DNA of 63,221 bases, filler included, from Perkinsus chesapeaki ATCC PRA-425 (Eukaryota; Protista; Perkinsozoa): assembly GCA_013115145.1 (NCBI GenBank). It is 18 parts of 18 records of this genome, joined end to end, with 100 filler letters (N's around TTAATTAATTAA, not from the genome) between each part and the next. Parts side by side here need not be neighbours in the genome. Positions count along the whole stretch, not along the records: positions 23,431 to 38,215 come from JAAPAO010000744.1; positions 38,316 to 40,333 come from JAAPAO010001700.1; 16 more parts are not named here. One strand, written 5' to 3'. Positions 25,220 to 38,316 of the stretch are shown in pieces; the first letter of the stretch is position 1; the number at the start of each line of letters is the position of its first letter. Made by a program: the position numbers and the translations under genes. The notes beneath the pieces are model-generated. The model ran no database searches. It saw nothing but the letters and a program-made list of their open reading frames with translations, and had not been told where the DNA came from.

Positions 25220-26350
25220 ATTAGGTTCATTATTATATAAACCATGTTATAATATATTATCACCACATACTAAAACACATAGATTTGGTAATAATAAAGA
25301 TATAAGACAAGTAATATAATAATTAATATAAATATAATTAATAAGTAGATACCATTACATATTAAAACAACACTTAATAATATAAAAGGATGTGGTCCAT
25401 TAAATAGTATTTATTTTAATGTAATAATATAGATATTATCATTATTATAATATATATATTTTAGGGATTTTCATTTTTATCGGGTAATATATCATCAGCT
25501 TGCATCAACTCAAATGGACCATTTAATAATACTCACCTATCCATCATGTAATGATGCTTATTACTAATATTAAACAATAATATTAAATAGCAGGCTTTTT
25601 GCGGATCGTTTTGCTATGGTAGCTTTACAATATAAATCATTAACATGGTATAGTAAAGCAATGGTAATAATAATAATATAGATTATATATCTATCTATAT
25701 ATAATAATATAGATAGAAGGCTATATACCACAACTATTTAATAGCAACAACGACACGAGAAGGGGAGACAAGTTAATAAGTAGTGATGTTGATGTTGATG
25801 ATTGGGTGATTGTTGATGGTAATAGTAATAATCGTCTATTATTATTAGGACAGGAATGTGATAATATAAAAGGTCGTATTGAAGGTGAATGGACTAATAG
25901 TGGTAGTAATTGATAATAATAATCAATGATATTGATGTATAATTATGCTATTAGTAGTAAAAGATAAATGCATTAAATTTGATATAAATGATGATATGTT
26001 TAATATAGCTACAGCTATTAATTATAATATACCCAAGTAGTAGTAATAATAATACTATTATATATTATGGTATATAATAGATATACTAATATACCAATAA
26101 TAATGGTTAGTGGATTTGAGATAAATATTAATAATGATGATGATCAATGTGATAATAGGAGTAAAGGTGGTATTGATGGTGTATTTGGTATTGGGGCTAG
26201 ATTTGCACCATGTACGCATTTTCAAGTAATAATAAATGTATATAATATTGATTAAATGTTGTTATTAGTTATCATTACGAAGTGATTGGGCATTATCGAA
26301 GTTATCATTGAAAAGGATATTATTAGCTGTATGCTCGGAAGGTAGTAATA
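25220..26350 (+). CDS. Multi-exon gene of unknown function (boundaries approximate)
   Basis: Short protein-like exons (RLFADRFAMVALQYKSLTWYSKAM, GQECDNIKGRIEGEWTNS, GGIDGVFGIGARFAPCTHFQ) flanked by GTAAT...TAG AT-rich introns. Confidence 0.45.
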
Positions 26351-27115
26351 ATAATAGTGAATAATAGGATGATAATGCGAATGTTAAATAACATTAATAA
26401 GATAATAACGCTGGGAGTAGTCTAGCATTGATGATCACTGCTGCTCCTGCGGCGGCGGCGGCGGCTGCTGCATCATCATCACCTTATAATGGTGGTTATT
26501 ATGAGATATTATTTGGTGGAACAAAAGATGGTAATAATAGTGGATGTTGGTAGAGAATTGAAGGCTGTGTGTGTGAACATATTATACTATTTAGTTACTA
26601 AAATAACAAGTTTAGATAAATATGGTATAAATGTTGGTTATAAATACAGAGTAGATTTATTAAATAAAGAGGTAATAATAATATTGTAATGATACATGAT
26701 ACTAACATTTATTAATGTCAGATTTGTTTAAGTCTATATGGTAAATATAATATAACAAATGATGGTAAATATATATTAAAAAGTAAAACAAGTATTAATT
26801 ATGAGCATGATAGATTTATAAATAGAAGAAGTGGTAGTAATAATATACCTATAGGTTTAGCATTCAAACTGGGATTACATGTCAAATAACAATAACAAGA
26901 TTATTATTATCAAAGTATCTTTTATTAGCTATTAATATGGCTGTATTGTGTTATCAGTGTCCCCATCTTGAGGCACAAGCCTTATTATTGTTATTATTGT
27001 TTAGCCTTATCTTTCTTTGTCTGGTTATTGTTGGTTATTATTATTCTTTATCTACTTGTTGTTTTTCTTCATCCTCTTTACTGATATCGGTATTGTGATC
27101 ATCTATATAATAACA

Positions 27116-28554
27116 ATGAGTATGCCTATTATTAATAATGATAGGAATACAACAACCTTAATAACAGGAGATAATGATGTATTGAAAGTAACAACAACAA
27201 CACCGCCAGCAGCATCAGCACCAGCAGCAGCATCGTCATTGTCATCTACTATTACTGCACAACAGCAACAAGAAGAACAAGAACAAGCAGCAGCAGCAGC
27301 ATTGATTAAAATACCGTTACAATGCCATAATAATAATATTATTGATGATAAATTAAATAATAAAGAATTATATATATTCCTGGATTATGATGGTACATTA
27401 ACACCAATAGTATCAAATCCAATGGATGCTAAACTAAGTCCACAAATGTAATAATAATAAGAAGAAGTTGTTGCAACAAATTATTATTATTATTGTTAGG
27501 GGCGATGTATTAAAAGAGTTATCTCTTAAACATAAAGTATCTATAGTCACTGGTAGATCTATGAATACGATAAGGTCATTTATTAAACCATTAATTGGTG
27601 AAGATGCTATTAATAGAATACAATTTGCAGCATCGCATGGTTTTGATATTATGGGACCAAAACATACTCATTATCAAGTAATATTAATGTTATTAACCTA
27701 GTTATTATAAATAGGTTGGTGGGGCATATTTACCACAATTGACAAAGTGTCGAGATGATCTTATTATTGCTTGTAAAAAGTATCCTAATTGTGTTGTTGA
27801 AGATAATAAATTTAGTGTATCAGTGCATTATAGGAATGTGGATCCAGACTTATATTTAGATGTAATAAGAATAACAACAATGTGGTTGTTATTATCATTG
27901 CTTTTATTATTGGTATTATTGTTAGGTATCTAATATGGTACATAATATAATTGGCAATTATCCACAACTAAAAGTTCATTATGGTAAAATGGTTTATGAG
28001 ATAAAACTAGATTTAAATTGGAATAAAGGTCAAGCAGTTTTATGGTTATTAAATGCCTATGGTAATAACAAGCTTGTTGTTGTTATCATTATTGTCATGA
28101 TGATGATGCTGATGGATAGGTGTACATAATAATGATGGTATCAATGATCAAGATGGTGATGATGACGATGGTGATATTATACCAATATATATAGGAGATG
28201 ATATAACAGATGAAGATGCATTTAGAGCCATTAAGCAAGCATTTCCTAATAATGGTATGGGTATATTAGTACATAATACAGAACATGAATTAGGAAGGCC
28301 AACAGCAGCAACATATACATTAGAAGATACTAATGAAGTAATAATAATAATGGAATATATTATGATGATGATAGGTTAGAGAATTTTTAAAGATTATTGC
28401 TAATATGAATGAGAAGGAAGATAAAACAAGAAGAGATAATAATGATGATAATAAAGATGATGATGATGATTGTAATAACAATAATAGAGAATTATCAGAT
28501 TCGACAACAACTACAATAACACCACCACCACCACCTTCAACAAGCCATCTATGA
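27116..28554 (+). CDS. TPP: Trehalose-6-phosphate phosphatase (HAD IIB), multi-exon
   Basis: FLDYDGTLTPIV (motif I), IVTGRS (II), ASHGFDI, VEDNKFSVSVHYRNV, GKMVYEIK..WNKGQAV (III), YIGDDITDEDAF (IV); intron 1 is 27448-27499 (GT-AG) and restores the frame. Confidence 0.93.
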
Positions 28555-28761
28555 TGGTCATGTTAATATTGTTGTTATTATTATGTATAATATTATTATT
28601 ACGGATGTCATCATCATCATCATCATCCGATTTTGCCAACTGCATATAATATCGACGGTAATTATTATTATACTACTACTAGTCTGTGTCTAGTATGATG
28701 ATGATGATGATGATGATGATATTGTTGTATATTTTAACTGATATACTACTAGTACTTGCAG

Positions 28762-29080
28762 AATAATAGTATTATTATATTCACCTTCTTCGGTACAGAG
28801 GGTANNNNNNNNNNNNNNNNNNNNNNNNNNNNNNNNNNNNNNNNNNNNNNNNNNNNNNNNNNNNNNNNNNNNNNNNNNNNNNNNNNNNNNNNNNNNNNNN
28901 NNNATCATTAATAATAGTATTATTATATTCACCTTCATCGGTACAGAGGGTATCATTAATAATAGTATTATTATATTCACCTTCATCGGTACAGAGGGTA
29001 TCATTAATAATAGTATTATTATATTCACCTTCATCGGTACAGAGGGTATCATTAATAAAAATAGTATTATTATATTCAGT
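28762..29080 (+). repeat. 48-bp minisatellite spanning the internal N gap
   Basis: Unit atcattaataatagtattattatattcaccttcatcggtacagagggt: three exact copies at 28904-29047 plus partial copies on both sides. Confidence 0.92.
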
Positions 29081-29153
29081 ATTCTCATCAATTTGTTATT
29101 ATTGTATTCATTGTGTTGAATTAATTAATGTTGGTATTGTTGTTCTAGTTTTC

Positions 29154-32100
29154 ATGAATACCGGAATATCAAATATTATCGCTACCCATCAACATAAACA
29201 AGGTATTGTTACCTCAACAATCGTAAAGTGGAGGGCTTTAGCTGTTAATGATGTTAAAAATGCAATTAATAGAACAACAATAATAGGAGGCGGAAAGGAT
29301 GATGATAATATGTATTATCATAAACTAATACTACTATAGTAGTTGTTGCTGTTGTATTACTGCTTTTAGTCAAGTGGGCAAGTGTAGTGGTATTATTGGT
29401 TTAGCAAGGACATTATTAATAATGGATAAATTAGAATCACCTGCACATAATAGTGCTATAAATAGCTCTGGATATCTCGATAAGATATTAAATGATATAT
29501 TAGAAGCATCTAAAGTTAAAGACAATGGTGAAAGGACATTTAAAGCGAAATTATTAGTAATAATAATAGGTACGATCGATGAGTAATAATATCGTTATTA
29601 TTATTAGAGTAATGTGAATCCAATGGATCTACATATAAATGATATATTTACTGTTATAGAAGGATTAGCAATAATAAAAGAAAATGATATACAAAATGAA
29701 TTATTGAGTATGTTATATAATAGAGTTAATATTAATAATATTGATAGATTATCAGAGTAATAATAATAATAGATATTAATAATTGTTAGTTACTGTTTTT
29801 AGTAATGAAGATAGGTTATCAGATAGATGTTTAGATTTAATAAGTAGCATTTCTAGATTATCTATGCAAAATAATAATAATAAAGAGGGTAGAGTTATAG
29901 CCATTAATGCTGCTGAAATTATATTTAATAATAATAATGTAATAATAATAATATCATCATCATCATTGCAATAATTATTTTATTATTATTAGGCTGATAT
30001 TAATATGTTATGGATGTTACGTAAAGCTTGTGGTAAACTAGGGTTGGTTGATATAGTTAATAATATTGATAAAGTAGTAATGATAATATTATTTAATATT
30101 ATACTATAATTTAATTTATTATTAATAACATTATCAGATATTCTATAGCCGTATTAATTATATTGGTAGATTAGGAAATATCGATAATGATAATGCATCA
30201 TCGTCGTTAATGATGATAACTAATACCGAAGCAATGGTTAAATCATCAATAGGAAGTCTAATAGAATGGTCATTACAAAGGCCAGAGGGATTTACTATTA
30301 TACCATCTAATATTAAAAATATTATAATGGATACTAATATAGAGATAATTAATAATAATGATATAGCAAGGATTATTAATAGTGTAATATTATTAGCATT
30401 ATTATTAGTGCTATAAGTGGTAATAATATATTACTATTAGTGTCTTCGATGCAAGAATGATAATGATATAGATATAGCTTCACAATTATTACGTGGATGT
30501 ATTGATAGGATCATTAAAAGGTATAATAATAGCAGTAGTAGTAGTGGGTATTATTGTTAAGTAGGCAGAATGGCGGATATGACGGTCTTACTAGAGATGA
30601 TTTACATAACATAATGGTTGGGGTATTAAAAAGGATTAAAAATAATAATAAAAATAATAATATTATTGATGATTATGTTAATGATATAGTAGCTATATTA
30701 AATGATAAAGTAATAATAATAGTAAATATAATATTAATAGTAATCATAATATCAGATTATATTAAAGCTTCGTGTATTCAAACCATATCAGTTAGTAGAT
30801 ATAATTAAAGTATTATTATTAAATATAACAAGATATAATAGTAATAAGAATAATGATAATGGCGATAATAATCGAAGGTCGATTATAGTTAATAATATTA
30901 TTGACATATTAAGTAATAATAATATATAGCAGTGTGGAGAATAATGTTAAAATGATGATAATAATTCAGATACAAGAGGGCATGAATTGAGTCTTGATGG
31001 TATAACTTCTATTATATCACATACCTATACGCAAGATGGTAATAATAATAAGAAGAAGAAGAAGTATTGATTATTAATATAGGTTATGATAGATTAACAG
31101 CTAATGAAAGGGATTCAATAAAGGCTATATTAAATAATATATTTAAAATATCGGAAGATATAAATGAAAGGATACAAGAAATAGAGTTGATTAAGATAGC
31201 ATTGGATGGAACAAGAAGGAATAATATCGAACCCGGAAGGATTGCTTTACATTTGCTTTGTAATAACATCAACATCAACGTCATATAATAAGTATTATTA
31301 TTAGGTATATTAGGAGATCATGGATTGGTAGATAATAATAATAAAGAAGTACTACCAATAGTAAATGTATTAAAAGAATATATAAAAGAGAATACTCCTA
31401 TAAATGTTACTAGTTATGATATATCACGTAATAAGTGGTATTATTATTATGATTAACATTATTATTGTTGTTATTATTATTAGGTGCATGTGAATATACG
31501 GGTATATTAGATAATGCATTTGATGTATTAGAAGCCTTGGATGATTTTATTAATAAACCTAATAATATATTCCTTATAACAACAGATGAATGTATTATTA
31601 TTAATATCAATATTTATATCAATATTAATGTTGTTATTGTTGTAGGTGTTAAATTACTATGTTCAGCAATTAAAGTAATTGGGCGCCATAATAATGATGA
31701 TATTAATAAAGAGTTTCATTCTGGTGTTGGTAAATTAGGTAGTATATTATTTGACCAATATAGTTTATATGGTAATAGTAATAATAATATTATTTGTATA
31801 TCAGTAGTGAGTAGGTACAAGAACTGACATTACTCCAAATCATTTGATGAGTATAATTGAAGCAACATTAGATAATATAAATGAATTAACAACATCAACG
31901 AATACATTTAATAATGCATTATTATTGGAATCTATACGAGTAATGATGATGATGATATTATTATTAATGCTGTTGTTATTGTTGTTATTGTTATCATGTG
32001 CTTAATTAGTAGGTACTAATACCAATTATACATACAGCTGAAGCAGATAGATTAATTAAATTTATTGCATTATTATCTCATAAAAAATCTTTATTACCTA

Positions 32101-34020
32101 AATTAAATGATGTTAATAGGTATTAATATATAAATAATGTTAATATATAATAATAATAATAATAAATAGTAGGTATTCACCATTGTCACAGTTATCATTA
32201 TCAATATTAAAAACATTATCTGAATATGATAATTTAAATATTAATAATATATCAAATGCCCTGAAGGCAATGGCTAGACTTGATTGGTAATCTTGATTGG
32301 ATCATCATCATTTTTAATATTATTATTAGTCAGGTATGATAATAAATGTATAAGTAATTTAATTAATTGTATTATGAACAATAAACTAAGTGTTAATAAT
32401 ATGGATTATATTACTGATTTAGTAATACTGTATGTTAGTCATGCTACTACTACCGTGACTAACTAAATATTATTATTTAATATATACCCTTAATAATAAC
32501 AGTTGTTAGATACAATCATTACGTGTATTAAGAGTATATGATGCATTATTATTATCAAGATTAATTAAATGGTATAAATGGGTATTAGAGGAGAGCTATG
32601 GCAGGCCACCGTATTAATAATACCGTTATTAATATTAGTATTCTTCTTCTTGTTGATATTATTAGTTATCCACCCCATCTTAAAGCACATTTAGCATCAT
32701 TTGCATTACCAATTGTTGAACTGGGTTATAAATCTAATATATTTATTGATCTTATCGAATATGGATTGATTGAAGATTATAGTAATAATAAGACCACAGA
32801 TCCAAAGTAATAATAATAATACTATTATTAATATTATCAATGTTGTTATTATAGATTATTAATATCATTCTTATATATGTTATCCCGTCAAGATGAGACA
32901 GCTCTTAATAGACCCAGTTTTATGAATGGTGTTAAAAGATTAGTAACGACAACAACTCCAGACCAACTACAGTCATTGGGAGCATCAGATTGGATTAAAA
33001 CTTTTGAGGTTATAACATTAATAATAGATTACTACTAACTATTTATTTAACTCTGCTGCGGAATAATAATAAGCAGCAGAAGCAGCAGCAGTATTACTAG
33101 CAGATACACTTAGCAGCAGCTATAGAAGCACCATCATATATAAAAAGGGAAATGATTAATAATAATGATATTAAAAAGTTTATAGAAGATAATGCATCAT
33201 TTACTTGGTAATATAACTTGTTATTATTAATTAGTATTATGAGTATAATTATTATTAGGTATTCACTACAGGAAAAGAATAGGACTCAATTCCTACATAC
33301 TAATATATATAAAACATTAAAAGAAACAATTGAAGATGAATTATCATGGCCATTGTATACAGCTAATCAATTAGGTGAAGTAACAATAATAATATATAAA
33401 AACAACAAGAAGAAGAAGAATTATACTTTAGTGTTGATAGTAGGTATATTATACTGAATTTGTTACTGAACCATCACCATCTAGATCAGGGTTTCAAAAA
33501 GGATTAAGTGCTGATAACCGACGTAAAGACGTTGTATTATTGATGTCATTGTTCACGACTGAAATAGGTGTTGTTGTTGTTGATGTTGTAAGGTACAGCT
33601 GTGGTATGTATAAAAGATGTAGATGAATTAAGATATCATAGGTCAATAGATGGTAATATAAGTATGATAAACGATAAAGGAGGTGATTGGATTAATAATA
33701 ATAATAGTTAATAATAATATATATAGGTATTAATGTTGAAAATGGATATAATAAATCAACAAGAATAATGATAGGAACATCTTTAATAAAGATTAGACAC
33801 TTAACGAGTCTGGGATGGAAAGTAATAATAATAACAACATTGATAATAATAATAATGTTATACAGTAGATAATACCAATATGGTTATCTGAATGGGCACA
33901 ATTGATGGAATGTAAAGATAGAGTTAATTATCTTATACAACAATCAACACGAGCCTATGCATTGGGACCAGATAACAACAACAATGAGGAAAAGGAGGAG
34001 GAGGATAAGTATTACTATTA
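29154..34020 (+). CDS. Large intron-rich helical-repeat protein with a C-terminal RAP domain (5' extent uncertain; may be more than one gene)
   Basis: C-terminal exons STRIMIGTSLIKIRHLTSLGWK|IIPIWLSEWAQL match the RAP consensus G.T..K.R.L...GW.V..IP..EW; upstream NISNALKAMARL resembles OPR/HPR repeats; dozens of short GT-AG introns. Confidence 0.65.
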
Positions 34021-34193
34021 GCAACAACAAGAATTACAAGATATATTTACTTATTACTATCATTCTTATTACTTCCGCTCCAGCTGCTGCTGCTGCTATA
34101 TTCATGTTACTAATAGATGGTTCGTGTTTCTGATTAGATAAATTATATGTTTATTTGTTATTAATAATAATGTTACTACTGTAATTAGTAGTA

Positions 34194-35921
34194 GTGGTTT
34201 ACACCAAGTTAATGGGTTTATTAACAACTGTAAACAACAACAACAACAGCAGGAGGAGGAGAAGAAGGAAGTCGATAACAAGTGCTATAATAGATGATTA
34301 TATTCATGATGATGATGTTATATCATCACCACCAAACAAAAGAAGGCGAAAGACTATTATACCATTAATAATAGGGGACTATGATAATACGAAGGGTAAG
34401 CCGGGAATAGACGTTTCTGAGGCTGATGATGATGATGATGATGATGATGATGCTGCTGCTGATGATGCTGCCGATGATGATGATGATGATGATGATGATG
34501 CTGGTGGTGGTGTTAGTGTTGTTGAAGGTTGTTATGAATATAATAAAATGGGGGATATTGATGATAGCTATACTGCTGCTGCTGAAGAAGATACAAGATG
34601 TAATGATAATAATATTGTTAGTAGTTATGAAAGTAGTTATGATGATAACGAATATGATAATACATCATCATCATCATCATTAATAATAATAAATAATAAT
34701 AATCATACACTATATTGTGATAATAATATTATACCAACGAAAGTTGAAGTTGGTAACAATAAAAATGACGATGACTGTTATAATGGTAACAATGAACCTG
34801 ATACTAGAGTCTAGTAACTAGACCACCCATAATTCATTATTTATAATATTCTACATATTTTAGATTATCAGATGATTGATGATGATGATGATGGTGATGA
34901 TGGTGATGATGGTTCAACCTCATCATCATTATTATTATCATCATCACCCCCACCATTGGTAGTTAACCTTCATTTGGTAGCTCACCCTGATCAGAAATAT
35001 GAAGTAATATAGTATACTACTACTACTACTACTATATACATGATAATAATAATAATATCAGATCCGTATATTATCAAATGGTGATGTAGAATATACTATT
35101 AACCCGAGACCATTAATAAATGAAATAAAGGAGATTGTGTATTAATAGGATTTATAATGAATATATATATATACACCACTAGTAGGTATAATGTTATTAA
35201 TGCGTTTAAGAGCATCAGCTTATTCAACATAACATCACCACCACCAGCAACAACGACAACAACAACAGCAGCAGCGGTGGTTAGCAATGATGATGATGAT
35301 GATGAGGTATTTGATAACAGTACATTAGCTATTATGGATAATAATGAGACGACAGCAACAACAACAACAGCATTAAGTGTACGTATTATTATTATTATTA
35401 TTCATGATGATAATAATGTTGAGATGTTGATGTTGTTATACAGGTTGTTGGTATGCCTATTATTATTATAAATGATATTGCTGCTTTACCGTCATCAACA
35501 ACTGGTAGTAGTAATAGTACAATACAAACATCAATACCACCACCACCAACAACAACAACAACCTTTTCAGAAGAACTATTATTGGCATTACCGTCAACAT
35601 CATCACCATGATGATGATGATGTTGTCAAGGATTGTTAGATTTATAGTTGTTATTAATGAAGGCTGTTGTTGTTATTATTATTAATACGTGATATTGTAT
35701 CATGAATCATGTCATCCACTCATCATGATGTTTGTGTTAATAATAATATAAATTGTAATAATAATAGTAATAAGATGTTTAATAATAATACAACAACAAC
35801 AACTACACCACCATCATCATCATCATCCAGGGGTGTTAATAATATTATAATAAGATATTTGAAAACATTATTATTACCATCAGAAGAGGAACGTATTAGG
35901 ATTTCATCATTGTATTATTAA
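34194..35921 (+). CDS. Low-complexity Asp/Asn/Thr-rich multi-exon protein, unknown function
   Basis: 206-aa frame with basic stretches (RRRRRK, NKRRRK) and poly-D; further exons are inferred from flanking splice sites. Confidence 0.35.
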
Positions 35922-36249
35922 ATAATAATAATAGACTATACATTATCATCATTATAATATTATTATTAGATATCGTACAACAACAACAAGACCTTATTAT
36001 CATCATAACAACAATGATGAACATGTTACTGCTGATGATGCTACTGCTGGTGGTGGTGCTGTTGCTGATGGTGATGATACTTCAACAGCAATACCTCTAT
36101 TAAATATACAACAACAGCACATGGTGGTGGATTCAACTAACAACAATGATGATGATGATTATATAAGAGGATATAAACCTAGATATTTATATAGATATAT
36201 TAATGTATAATAATAAATATCATATAATAGTATTATTAATATTATGAAT

Positions 36250-37400
36250 GAGTAGGTTATACGATGGCTTTTATTATTATTGGCTGGTTATACGTACAAT
36301 AGATTCTTTGCCGAAAAATATAATATACCAAAAGATTGTGATAAGTAAGAAGTAGTTTAATACTCTTGTTCTTCTTGTTCTTGTTATTATTAATATAAGG
36401 TATACCTATCTTGGTCATAGTACGAATATTGCTAACTTGGTCATGTTTGGTATGGTAATAAGTGTTGTTGTTGTTATTGTTATAACTTAGTATATATATT
36501 AGATACAAGCTTGGTTTGTTGAAGTAATTGATGATCCTAAAAGATGCAAATGGATATTCTCATTCAACAGATGGTGGTTTTTTATAATGTAATAATAATC
36601 ATGTATAATAATAATACTACTAAATTCAGATATTTTGCATCATCTAGCATATTTACAATATTGGGCATGTTAGATTCATTAAGTCATGGATCAATAACAC
36701 CATCACCACAATTAGATCATTGGAACACATTCAGTATAGTGAGTATACAACATAATTATAATAATTATCATATTGATAATGTATTATTATTATTATCATC
36801 AGGTATTAACTATATTAGCAGGTCTATTAATAGTTATTATAATATGGCATATATGGTATTCGATTAAACTACTACCAACATATTCAGATGCTATGCTTTA
36901 TATACTTTCACGGATTGGAGTGGTAAGACAACAACAAGAAGAAGAAGAACAGTGTAATCTCTATTATTATTATAATGTTGTTGTTTGAGGTATCCTCATT
37001 TGGTATTGCTTTTGCATTAATACATTATGATGATAAACATAACCATGATGGTGATGTAATAATAATAATAATGATGATGATGATGTCGTCGTTGTATATG
37101 TATTTATTACTTGCCACTTTCTTCTTCTTGTTTTAGGATCCTGTAACATTCCATTTACATCATTATTTTATAGCATGGTTATTATCACTTATAGCTGCAT
37201 TTGACCATCCTATATCATTAATAATGTTGGCTATTACTTGTGCTATATTTGTAATAATAATAATATATTACCAGCATTACCACGCATTAGCCATTGGTTG
37301 TATCTTACCTTTATTATTATTAGGTACAGGGTATAGCTGCTTATTCTGCTGCTGGGATATTCTTTCGTCCAGGACAACAACAACAACAATAATAAGTGTA
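36250..37400 (+). CDS. Multi-pass membrane protein with a HLHHY motif, multi-exon (5' end uncertain)
   Basis: Hydrophobic exons VIRWLLLLLAGY, RCKWIFSFNRWW, LLIVIIIWHIWY and DPVTFHLHHYFIAWLLSLIAAFDHPISLIMLAITCAIF|VQGIAAYSAAG. Confidence 0.6.
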
Positions 37401-38316
37401 TAATAGTTCATAACATCATCATCATCATTAACAACATTGTTACACTTGTTATTCTACATATAATAATAATTTACTACTACCCACTATATTATCATGTTGT
37501 GTGTTACTTAGTTAAGGTGTTAGTAGTTCTTTTCTAACTATAAAGCAGCAGCAGCAGCAGTCTCCAAGTAAACAGTTTGTACGTAATATACATTATTATT
37601 ATTGCTCATACAACTGTAATATAACAATGTATAACAAGCTTATGGGGTTTTATCTAGTACTTCATATCCAAGATATCCTACGTTATCATCATCATTACTG
37701 CTGATAATGTTGTTATTTGCTGCTACCCACTCTCCCCCTTCCTCCTCTAAGGTGTCTAAGACCTTAATAACAACAACAACAACCCCAGCCGGTATTTCTA
37801 ATACCGCATTTGTTGCTTGGAATATGGAAAGGATAACCGTCTACTACACCTTTTCAATATCTAGTGGCGGCGAGCGAAGTTGAAGGTCCGAATCCGAAAT
37901 AGAAAGATCTTGTTCGCGCTTGGGGCATTCAATTTCGTCCGAACCCAGGAGGTGCCTTCAATTCCGCTCACTTAGTGGAATTAATTTCGTTTTTCGGACA
38001 ATCAACTTCATCTTAGTCTACGTAATCCTAAAGTTTGAGTTAGACTATGAACAACTCAACGTCGACTCTGGAATCGATTCTGAATTTCAAAATCGGTTTA
38101 TTGAACGATCCCTAGACTACCAAGTCAAGTTGCCGGGCGGGCCTGTTCTTGTTGCTCTGTGTGAGAACTCAAGTCTTCGTAAGATGTAAGGTGTAAGGTA
38201 GGCTTAGTTGATACTNNNNNNNNNNNNNNNNNNNNNNNNNNNNNNNNNNNNNNNNNNNNTTAATTAATTAANNNNNNNNNNNNNNNNNNNNNNNNNNNNN
38301 NNNNNNNNNNNNNNNC

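Noticed and set aside
28690-29091. Repetitive 133-aa membrane-like ORF
   Set aside because: A translation of the 48-bp minisatellite across an N gap.
34426-34683. Poly-Met ORF
   Set aside because: An alternative frame of (GAT)n repeats that encode poly-Asp.
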